From positions 299,627 to 363,626 of the forward strand of contig JACRDT010000007.1 of NCBI GenBank assembly GCA_016212795.1: a stretch of 64,000 bases of DNA, read 5' to 3'. The notes beneath the pieces were generated by a model that did no database searches, was not told where the DNA came from, and saw only the letters and a program-made list of their open reading frames with translations. The stretch is from Elusimicrobiota bacterium. Its GTDB lineage: Bacteria; Elusimicrobiota; Elusimicrobia; UBA1565; UBA9628. A program made the position numbers and the translations under genes. This document shows, in pieces, positions 18,343 to 25,381 of the stretch; positions within the stretch are counted from its first letter, which is position 1, and every line of letters begins with the position of its first letter.

Positions 18343-18969
18343 TCACGGGTCCGCGGCCGAACCGTCCATGAAGCCGCGCGCCTTCTCCAGCAGGGCCTCC
18401 CGCCCGTCGCCCGGCGAGAAGTCCACGCCCTGCTCCTCGAGGAAGATGCGCAGGTCCTGGCCGTCCCAGCCCGCGTCGGGCTCCAGGCGCCGAACGTCGA
18501 CGGCGCCGGGGGACGCCTCCAGGTACAGCACCCGCACGACTTCCTTGGCCGCGGGGATCCGGTCCGGCGCCCCGTGCCAGGCGTGGAGCCTGCCGCCCAC
18601 GCTGAACGCGAGCGGGCCGGACGCGGGGGACGCCAGCTCGATGGGGCCTTCGGCCTCCTGGACGCTCTTGGACTCCAGCGCCTCCCGGAGGACCTCGCGG
18701 CGCCGGCGGGTCGGATCGGACCCCCAACGGACGAGGGCGGCCACGGCGAAGGCCCCGCCGAGCAGCGGCAGGATGACCCAGCGGATGCCCTCGTCGGGGT
18801 CCATCTTGGGGGCCCGCCCGCAGGCGATGGGCGCGAGCCGCAGGAGGACCGCCAGGAAGCACCCGGCCGACGCGAGCAGGAGGTTGCGGGCCGAGCGCAG
18901 CGGCGCCGTGAGCCCGGCGAGCTCTGCCTCGCACCGCCGCCTCTCTTCCAGCCTCAACGGTCGACCCAT
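18343..18969 (-). CDS. hypothetical membrane protein (two TM + soluble C-terminal domain)
   Basis: ORF with hydrophobic spans LLLASAGCFLAVLLRLAPIA and WVILPLLGGAFAVAALV. Start chosen at ATG 18969; 19020 is also possible. No family recognised. Confidence 0.4.
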   Translation of the reverse strand: MGRPLRLEERRRCEAELAGLTAPLRSARNLLLASAGCFLAVLLRLAPIACGRAPKMDPDEGIRWVILPLLGGAFAVAALVRWGSDPTRRRREVLREALESKSVQEAEGPIELASPASGPLAFSVGGRLHAWHGAPDRIPAAKEVVRVLYLEASPGAVDVRRLEPDAGWDGQDLRIFLEEQGVDFSPGDGREALLEKARGFMDGSAADP

Positions 18970-19097
18970 GATCGCGCGCCTTCCCCTGGCTCCCGTTTCC
19001 ATGATACCATGCTGATGCACCCGATGCCATCGCGGGGGCGGGCCCTGGGTCTCGCGCCGTGGGCCGGCTGGGCCGCGACGATGCCGGAGGATCGGAC

Positions 19098-20396
19098 ATG
19101 AACACCCTTCTCGTCTTGTCGTTGGCGCTGTCCTCGCTCTCGACGGCGGGTCCCGGGGGGCGCGGCCGCAGCGTCGGCGAGCCCGAGATGCCCCTCCCGC
19201 CCGCCCAGGCCGCGCCCTCGCCCGCCGTGCCGCACGAGCCTCCGGCCCCGGCGCCCGCGGCGCCCGTCCCGGCGGCGCCCTTGCCTCCCGCCCGGGGGCT
19301 CAAGCCGGAGAGGGCGCGGGACCTCGGCATCGTCATCGGGCGCCTGGCCCCCGGGCCCAACGACGCGGTCACGGACGTCAAGGGCGTGAGGGTCGGCCAT
19401 GTCACGCTCTTCGCCGGGGAGGGCGCCCTGGTCCCGGGCAAGGGGCCGGTGCGCACCGGGGTCACGGTGGTCCTACCGGCCGAGGGGGACGTCTGGACGG
19501 CCAAGCTGGCGGCGGGCAGCTTCGTGCTCAACGGCAACGGCGAGGCCGCGGGGCTCATGTGGATCCAGGAGTCGGGCATCCTCGAGACGCCCATCGCCCT
19601 GACGAACACCCTGAGCGTCGGGGCGGTCCAGGAAGGCCTTGTCGAATGGATGCTCCGGGACCACCCCGCCATCGGCGTCGCCGACGACACCCTGACCCCG
19701 GTCGTGCTCGAGTGCGACGACGGCATGCTCAACGACATCCGCGGGCGCCACGTGAAGCCCGCCCACGTGCTCGAGGCCATCGACGCCGCGTCGGGCGGGC
19801 CGGTGGCGGAGGGCGCGGTGGGGGCCGGGACCGGGATGACCTCCTACGATTTCAAGGCCGGCATCGGCACGGCGTCGCGGGTCCTAGCCAAGGAGTCCGG
19901 CGGCTACACCGTGGGGGTCCTGCTCAACGCCAACCACGGCGGCCGCGCCGAGCTTCGGGTCGACGGCGTCCACGTGGGCGCGCAGATCCGGGACCTCATG
20001 CCGGTCGTGCGCGACGACGGCTCGGTGGTCGCGGTCGTCGCCACCGACGCGCCGCTCGACGCCCGCCAGCTCTCGCGCCTGGCCAAGCGCGCCATGCTGG
20101 GGGTCTTCCGCACGGGGGCCGTCGCGTATAACGGCAGCGGCGACCTGGCCGTCGCCTTCTCGGTCGCCAACCGCTTCCCGCACCATCCCAAGGAGCGCGC
20201 GGTCAAGGTCGAGCTGCTCTCGGATTTCCACCTCGACGGGCTCTTCGAGGCGGTCGCGGACGCGGCGGAGGAGGCCGTCATCAACTCGCTGCTCGCGGCC
20301 AGGACCACGGCGGGCCGCGACGGCAACACCTCCTACGCCCTGCCCCACGACAGGCTCAAAGCGCTCCTGAGGAGGTATCGGGAGGGCGCCGAGTGA
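19098..20396 (+). CDS. P1/S58 family peptidase (DmpA/BapA-like aminopeptidase), secreted
   Basis: ATG 19098 with GGAGG 7 nt upstream and signal peptide MNTLLVLSLALSSLSTAG. Family-like motifs: GPNDAVTDVKGVRVGHVT, TGVTVVLP, GNGE, TNTLSVG, GAGTGM, VGVLLNANHG. Confidence 0.8.
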   Translation: MNTLLVLSLALSSLSTAGPGGRGRSVGEPEMPLPPAQAAPSPAVPHEPPAPAPAAPVPAAPLPPARGLKPERARDLGIVIGRLAPGPNDAVTDVKGVRVGHVTLFAGEGALVPGKGPVRTGVTVVLPAEGDVWTAKLAAGSFVLNGNGEAAGLMWIQESGILETPIALTNTLSVGAVQEGLVEWMLRDHPAIGVADDTLTPVVLECDDGMLNDIRGRHVKPAHVLEAIDAASGGPVAEGAVGAGTGMTSYDFKAGIGTASRVLAKESGGYTVGVLLNANHGGRAELRVDGVHVGAQIRDLMPVVRDDGSVVAVVATDAPLDARQLSRLAKRAMLGVFRTGAVAYNGSGDLAVAFSVANRFPHHPKERAVKVELLSDFHLDGLFEAVADAAEEAVINSLLAARTTAGRDGNTSYALPHDRLKALLRRYREGAE

Positions 20397-20409
20397 GAGC
20401 CCGGGGCTG

Positions 20410-21495
20410 CTATCGCAGGCCGGGCTTTGGGACGTCGTAGACGGCGATCCATCCGTTGTCGACGCGCAGGACGGCTTTGCTCGCGTCCGCGGACAGGGCC
20501 AGGACCTCGCCCCAGCCGAGGTAGGCGTCGGCGCGGGTGGCGACGTCGTAGACGCGCACGGTCCGGCCGTCGCCGATGAGGGCGGTCTTGCCGTCCTCGG
20601 CCAGGACCCCGTCGACCCCCCAGTCCAGCATGGTGGTCGACCCGTTCTGGGCGTCGACGACGGAGAAAGAGCGCCCGTCGCCGACCAGGGCCGTCTTGCC
20701 GTCGAAGGAGAGCTGGGCCGTCTTGGCCCACGCCAGGTGCCGGCTGCGGCCCGTGGCGAGGTCGACCACGTCGAAGGAGTCCGCGCGCCGGAGGAGCGCG
20801 GCCGTCCCTCCGCCGGCGAGCACGCCGGAGGAGCCCCAGCCGACGAAGCGCGACTTGCCCGACTCGGTGTCCACCGCGTTGAACGTGCTGCCGTCGCCGA
20901 TCAGCGCGACCTTGCCGTCGGCCGAGAGGGCCCCGGTCTTGCCGAACCCGAGGGTGCGCTTGCGCCCGGTCTCGACGTCGACCACGCTCAAGGACGTCGC
21001 CTCCTGAAGGAGGACCTTCCTGCCGTCGCCCGAGATACAGCCCGTCGTCCCCCAGCCGGCGAAGCGGTTCTGGCCGGACTTCGCGTCGTAGACGCGCAGC
21101 GAGCCGCCTTCGCCGACGAGCACGGCGCCACCGTCCCGGGCAAGGCGGGCGGTCTGGCCCCAGGCGAGATGGCGGGAGACGCCGTCGGCCGTCTCCTGGA
21201 CGTAGACGCTGCGGTCCAGGAGGAAGACGGCGACCTTGCCGTCCGCGGAGAGCTGGATGTCGCGGCTGGCGGCGTCGATGCGGGCGGCGAGGTCGACGGC
21301 CTTGGCCGGCGCGGCGGGGACCGCCGCGGGCGTCACCGAGTCGGGCAGCGTCCCCACGGCTCCCCAGGAGCGGACCAGCTCGGCAAGCCGCTCGGCGCCC
21401 GGCAGCGCGACCCCGGCCAGCGCCGGGCGCGGGCAAAGGGTGAGCGCCGACGAGAGCAGAAGCGCCGAGACAGCCGTCTTGTTCAGGCAAGCCAT
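20410..21495 (-). CDS. secreted beta-propeller-like repeat protein
   Basis: Trimmed to ATG 21495 (MACLNKTAVSALLLSSALTL signal). About eight ~40-aa repeats of the form DGK.AL.GDG..F.VVD..TG..R.LGWG. Confidence 0.65.
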   Translation of the reverse strand: MACLNKTAVSALLLSSALTLCPRPALAGVALPGAERLAELVRSWGAVGTLPDSVTPAAVPAAPAKAVDLAARIDAASRDIQLSADGKVAVFLLDRSVYVQETADGVSRHLAWGQTARLARDGGAVLVGEGGSLRVYDAKSGQNRFAGWGTTGCISGDGRKVLLQEATSLSVVDVETGRKRTLGFGKTGALSADGKVALIGDGSTFNAVDTESGKSRFVGWGSSGVLAGGGTAALLRRADSFDVVDLATGRSRHLAWAKTAQLSFDGKTALVGDGRSFSVVDAQNGSTTMLDWGVDGVLAEDGKTALIGDGRTVRVYDVATRADAYLGWGEVLALSADASKAVLRVDNGWIAVYDVPKPGLR

Positions 21496-21617
21496 GATCG
21501 TCCTCCCGCGGGTGAGCGCGATGCCCCTATGATACAACTCGGCCCGGGGCGGCGGCATGGGAACTTGGGGCAGGCCGCCTGGGCCCTTGGGCCTACCGGG
21601 AAAATAGGCCGGAGGGC

Positions 21618-22361
21618 CTACTCGCGCACGATGGCGGCGACGCCCTGGCGGCAGCGCAGCCGTCCCGTCAGGCCGAAGCAGTCCATGCGGCCGCACCAGG
21701 AGATGTCGCGCTCGAGGCCGAGCTTCATGAGGGCCCGGCCGTTGGCGCCGGCCTTGAGCGACCGGGTCAGCCCGCGCCGGTTGAGGTGGTAGGCCGAGAA
21801 CGCGGCCATGGCGGCGTCCGAGAGCTCGACGCCCGGGAGCCTCTTCTGCACGAGCTCGACGAGGCAGCCCGCCGCGAGGCAGTCCTCCCAGGAGAAGTCC
21901 GCCACGGTCCCGGCGCAGACGATCTTGAGCCCGTGGCCGCAGCCCGGCAGGAGCGCCGCGACGGCCCTGGCCGTGGCCGAGACGTTCAGGAACGAGGCGA
22001 CGTAGACGGCCTTGGCCTTCTTGGCCGCGTGGATGGCGCGGGTGCCGTTGGTGGTGGCCATCACGATGGTCCTGCCCGCCACGGCGGGCGCGGTGAAGGC
22101 CGGGGGCGAGTTGGCCAGGTCGAAGCCGGGGATCCTGACGCGGTTCTTCTCCCCCGCAAGGAGGCTGCCCGGGAGCCCGGCCGCCAGGGTGCGGGCGTGC
22201 TCGACCGAGTCCGCCGGCACGATCCGGGAGGCGCCGTTGGCGAGGGCCGTCACCATGCTCGACGTGGCGCGAAGGACGTCGAAGATGACGCAGACCGAGC
22301 CGGAGAGGTCGCGGTCCGGCAGGGTCCGGATCTCGGTCGGGGTGAGGATGACGTCGATCAT
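21618..22361 (-). CDS. comB: 2-phosphosulfolactate phosphatase family protein
   Basis: VIFDVLRATSSMVTAL, GEKNRVRIPGFDLANSP and VMATTNGTRAIH match ComB-family motifs. Confidence 0.7.
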   Translation of the reverse strand: MIDVILTPTEIRTLPDRDLSGSVCVIFDVLRATSSMVTALANGASRIVPADSVEHARTLAAGLPGSLLAGEKNRVRIPGFDLANSPPAFTAPAVAGRTIVMATTNGTRAIHAAKKAKAVYVASFLNVSATARAVAALLPGCGHGLKIVCAGTVADFSWEDCLAAGCLVELVQKRLPGVELSDAAMAAFSAYHLNRRGLTRSLKAGANGRALMKLGLERDISWCGRMDCFGLTGRLRCRQGVAAIVRE

Positions 22362-22417
22362 GTCACTTGCCTCCCCCGCGGGGAGGCAAGTAGTTGTGGG
22401 GGCTGATGACGTGTCAC
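22358..22417 (-). promoter_or_regulatory. mini-ORF/hairpin element, copy A (19 codons, VTRHQPPQLLASPRGRQVT)
   Basis: GTG 22417-22415 overlaps the ChaN-like stop (GTGA). TGA 22360-22358 overlaps the comB ATG (ATGA). A 12-bp stem pairs 22365-22376 with 22380-22391 (ACTTGCCTCCCC/GGGGAGGCAAGT), and its 3' arm (on the transcribed minus strand) contains GGAGG. Confidence 0.6.
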
Positions 22418-23406
22418 CGAGGGAGGAGCCGGAAGTAGTCCGCCAGGGAGATGTCCTCCGACGCCGGGTCCTGGAGCTCCTTCAAGAGCTCGGGCAAAGG
22501 CCTGGAGCTGTCGTCGAGAGGGTAGGGCAGGACGCCGACCTGCCTGGCCTGGGAGCGGCGGGCGACGCTCTCCCCGATGCCGGCCCCGTAGAGCATGTGC
22601 CCCATGCCCGCGATGACCACGACCGGGCCCGCGCCGTCGGCCAGGATGTCCACCACGCTCTGGCCCATCGTCTCGTTCCAGGCGGCCATGGCCTCGAGCA
22701 TCCGGGCCTCCCTGGCCGGGTCGAGCTGCCCGTGCCCGTTGATCGTCTTCTTGACGTACGCCAGGTACCTGGGTTCCGCGATGGGGTCCACGCGGGCCGG
22801 GAGCAGGCGCCGTTCCTCGGGCGAGAGGGAGGCCAGGCCCTGGCGCGCGATGTTGCGGATGACCGACGAGGGGGCGTTGAGGGCCTTGAGCGGGAGACCG
22901 TTCTCTTTGGCGTAGACGAACAGCGGGCGGTAGAGCTCGAACGGGAAGCCCCACGCCTTCTGCCACCACAGGGCGAACTCGGCCTCGGCCAGGAGCCCCG
23001 CCGCGTAGTCGTCGAGGACCTTCTGCTGGGTGCGGTCGACCATCTCGAAGCCGACGGTGACCCGGCCCGCCCGGCCGTGGACCTCCTTGAGGACCTCGAG
23101 CTGGAGCGCGTGGTGCAGGGCCTGGTCGTGCTGCTCGCCCACGTAGACCACGGCGGCTTGCGACAGGGCCTGGCCGAGCGCGTCCCAGCCGACCACGGCG
23201 GCTCCCTCCGAGGCCACCACGACCCGCTCCTCGCCGAAGTCCCGCGCCGCGGACGGCCCGACGGGCGCCGGCAGGCGCCTGATGGCGCCGAGCCAGTCGG
23301 CGGTCGTCGGGGCGATGCGGTCGAAATCGGGGACGGTCTGGGCCTGGGCCGAGGAGGCGGACGCCACGGCCAGGCAAGCGGCGAGGGACGCTGTCAGGAT
23401 AGCCAT
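22414..23406 (-). CDS. ChaN-like (haem-binding/DUF399-type) periplasmic protein
   Basis: Trimmed from the 695-aa run-on to ATG 23406 (MAILTASLAACLAVASASSAQA signal). VVYVGEQHDQALHH and GFEMV...L resemble ChaN-family motifs (from memory). Confidence 0.55.
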   Translation of the reverse strand: MAILTASLAACLAVASASSAQAQTVPDFDRIAPTTADWLGAIRRLPAPVGPSAARDFGEERVVVASEGAAVVGWDALGQALSQAAVVYVGEQHDQALHHALQLEVLKEVHGRAGRVTVGFEMVDRTQQKVLDDYAAGLLAEAEFALWWQKAWGFPFELYRPLFVYAKENGLPLKALNAPSSVIRNIARQGLASLSPEERRLLPARVDPIAEPRYLAYVKKTINGHGQLDPAREARMLEAMAAWNETMGQSVVDILADGAGPVVVIAGMGHMLYGAGIGESVARRSQARQVGVLPYPLDDSSRPLPELLKELQDPASEDISLADYFRLLPR

Positions 23407-23435
23407 GCCCAATGATACCTCATTTCGGCGGCATG

Positions 23436-24557
23436 CTACGGTTTCTCGGCGGCCGGACCGCTTGCGCCTTGGCCGCAGGGAGCGGCCCTCATGGCCTTGG
23501 GGATGTAGGCGCAGAAGGGGTCCGTCTCGAGGAAGTCGCCCGTGACGGCCCAGGCCCGGGCGCGGGAGCCCGAGCAGACGTCGGCGTATTCGCACACGCC
23601 GCAGCGGCCCTTGAGCAGCTTGTGGTCGCGCAGCTCGCGGAAGGGGTGCGCGTTGCGGTAGATGTCGGCGATCGGGTTGGTGCGGACGTTGCCCGACGCC
23701 AGCGGGAGCAGGGCCGAGGGGCAGATGTTGCCGACGTGGTCGACGAAGATGCAGCCTTTCCCGGCGTTGGGCACGATGCCCGGGGTCTCGACCTCTTCGC
23801 GGATCCCGGGCCCCCGGTTGGGCTTGGGGGACGCGCCGCCGGCCAGTTCCTTCTCCATCAAGAAGCGCTTGAAGTGCGGGGCCTCGGTGAGCTTGACGTA
23901 ATAGGGGGCCTCGAGCTTCAGGGCGCAGAGCCGCTCGAAGGCGTCCTCGAACTCCTGCGCCGAGATGCCCCGTTCCTGGCCGCTGAGACCCCACGGCACG
24001 AGGAAGGAGATCTCCCAGAAGGCGATGTCCAGGGTGTTCACGAGGCCGATCATCTGCTCCAGGTAACGGTAGTTCCATTCCGCCACGCAGGTGTTGAGCT
24101 GGACCGGGAGGCCGAGCTCGCGCGACAGGCGCAGCCCGGCCATGCTCATGTTGAAGGAGCCGTCCACCTTGCGGAAGGTGTCGTGGGCGGCGGCGTTGGG
24201 CGCGTCGAGGCTGAACCCCAGCTGGTCGAGACCGGCGGCCTTGAGGCTCCGGAGGCGGGCCTCGGTGATGTTGGCCGTCGCGGCCGGCGTCGCCGCCATG
24301 TGAAGCCCGATGCTCTTGCCGTGCTCCACGAGTGCCTCGATGTCCCGGCGGTTGAGGCAGTCGCCGCCCGAGAGGGTGAAGATCGGCGTGTCCATGGCCG
24401 CGATGTCGGCCAGGAGGCGCTTGCCTTCCTCGGTGGAGAGCTCGGCCGAGTCCCTGGCCAAGATGGCCTCCGTCCGGCAGTGGGAGCAGGCCACGGCGCA
24501 CGAGCGCGTGGTCTCCCAGACGGCCAGGAGAGGGGATTCGTTGTAGTCGATCTTCAT
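23436..24557 (-). CDS. radical SAM/SPASM-domain protein (AhbD/NirJ/PqqE-like maturase class)
   Basis: CAVACSHC (CxxxCxxC) near the N-terminus and a C-terminal Cys-rich SPASM-like region (CIFVDHVGNICPS...GRCGVCEYADVCSGSRARAW...FCAY). I prefer ATG 24557 (MKIDYNESP) over the listed GTG 24575, which lies inside the hairpin. The same GAGTGAtATG junction occurs at 52492. Confidence 0.8.
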   Translation of the reverse strand: MKIDYNESPLLAVWETTRSCAVACSHCRTEAILARDSAELSTEEGKRLLADIAAMDTPIFTLSGGDCLNRRDIEALVEHGKSIGLHMAATPAATANITEARLRSLKAAGLDQLGFSLDAPNAAAHDTFRKVDGSFNMSMAGLRLSRELGLPVQLNTCVAEWNYRYLEQMIGLVNTLDIAFWEISFLVPWGLSGQERGISAQEFEDAFERLCALKLEAPYYVKLTEAPHFKRFLMEKELAGGASPKPNRGPGIREEVETPGIVPNAGKGCIFVDHVGNICPSALLPLASGNVRTNPIADIYRNAHPFRELRDHKLLKGRCGVCEYADVCSGSRARAWAVTGDFLETDPFCAYIPKAMRAAPCGQGASGPAAEKP

Positions 24558-24558
24558 A

Positions 24559-24612
24559 TCACTCGCCCCCCCCACGGGGGGGCGAGTAGCGGGGGGGCAG
24601 ATGCCGTTTCAT
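24559..24612 (-). promoter_or_regulatory. mini-ORF/hairpin element, copy B1 (17 codons, MKRHLPPRYSPPRGGGE)
   Basis: ATG 24612-24610. TGA 24561-24559 is followed by 1 nt and then ATG 24557. A 12-bp stem pairs 24561-24572 with 24576-24587. Nearly identical to the copy at 52437-52490. Confidence 0.65.
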
Positions 24613-24668
24613 CAGGGATCTCCTTCCCACGGGGAGGCGAGTAGCTGAGGGGGCGAGTGCTGTTCTAT
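24613..24668 (-). repeat. degenerate tandem copy B2 of the same element (no start codon; supplies AAGGAG to B1)
   Basis: The minus strand reads AGAACAGCACTCGCCCCCTCAGCTACTCGCCTCCCCGTGGGAAGGAGATCCCTG. It aligns with the element core (..CCCCC..GCTACTCGCC.CCCCG.GGG..) but the 3' arm has decayed to GGGAAGGAGAT, which is a perfect SD 8 nt before the B1 ATG. Confidence 0.5.
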
Positions 24669-24678
24669 TGGTATCCTC

Positions 24679-24864
24679 TCAGCCTTTGTTCTTGTCGATG
24701 TCCTCGGGGCGCTTCTCCGGGGGCGCGTCTTCCTTCAACCCCTGCTTGAACGCCTTGATGGACTTGCCAAGGCTCTGGCCGATCTCGGGGAGCCGCTTGG
24801 CCCCGAAGACGAGCAGCGCGATCGCGGCGACGGCCAGCCATTCTCCCCAGCCGGGGTTGAACAT
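24679..24864 (-). CDS. tatA: twin-arginine translocase subunit TatA/E
   Basis: 61 aa: MFNPGWGEWLAVAAIALLVFGAKRLPEIGQSLGKSIKAFKQGLKED, the canonical TatA TM plus amphipathic helix. Confidence 0.9.
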   Translation of the reverse strand: MFNPGWGEWLAVAAIALLVFGAKRLPEIGQSLGKSIKAFKQGLKEDAPPEKRPEDIDKNKG

Positions 24865-24870
24865 CGGGTA

Positions 24871-25278
24871 TCACCTCTCCGTGGGAGATGATACCATTTC
24901 CCCGGCCGGCCGGTTCGGCCGGGCGCCCCAAGGCCAGTCGAAACGGACCGTGAACTGGAACGCCGCGTGGGCGCCGATGCCGACGCCGTCGGCCATGAGG
25001 TCGCTGCCCGACGGGGCGGCGTCCACCACGAACTCCTTGAAGACCCCGGCCGCGGCCACGGCCAGCGAGCTGGCTAGGGTGGCTTTGGGCTTGGACCAGC
25101 CCCACCACCGCAGGAGCTCGGTCCCGGCCAGGCTGCCCGCGAACGCCGCGCCCAGGTGCAGGTTGGTGTCGTGCCTGCCCCAGGCCAGGCGCGTGTCTTC
25201 CAGGGCGGCCGCAAGGCCGGGGCGCAGGAGGGCCAGGGCGATGAGCAGCGCGGCGCAGGCGTGTCTTCTCCCCGGCAT
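24871..25278 (-). CDS. small membrane/lipoprotein-like protein, YfiM (DUF2279)-like
   Basis: Start taken at ATG 25278 (MPGRRHACAALLIALALL). The pattern W.R.DT.LH..AAFAGSLAG...KEFVVDAAPSGSDLMADGVG resembles E. coli YfiM as I remember it. Confidence 0.45.
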   Translation of the reverse strand: MPGRRHACAALLIALALLRPGLAAALEDTRLAWGRHDTNLHLGAAFAGSLAGTELLRWWGWSKPKATLASSLAVAAAGVFKEFVVDAAPSGSDLMADGVGIGAHAAFQFTVRFDWPWGARPNRPAGEMVSSPTER

Positions 25279-25381
25279 GCAGGCGAGATTATACCGCATC
25301 GGGGAAGTCGTCGCTTTGTTGCGCGGCGCTTTCCCGGACTGCTATTGTTTCCCGGTGAGGCCGGGGTATCGGGCGTGGGGC

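Noticed and set aside
21496-21545. Possible sixth, degenerate copy of the element upstream of the propeller-protein gene (minus strand GGGGCATCGCGCTCACCCGCGGGAGGACGATCATG)
   Set aside because: Only GGCATCG and a CCCGCGGG palindrome match. There is no start codon, no RHxPP codons and no complementary arms. It is more simply an ordinary GGGAGGA SD.
24668-25381. 5' part of the 1080-aa ORF 24668..27910
   Set aside because: It is antisense to tatA and the YfiM-like gene. The kinase paralog alignment and the signal-like segment begin near 25382.
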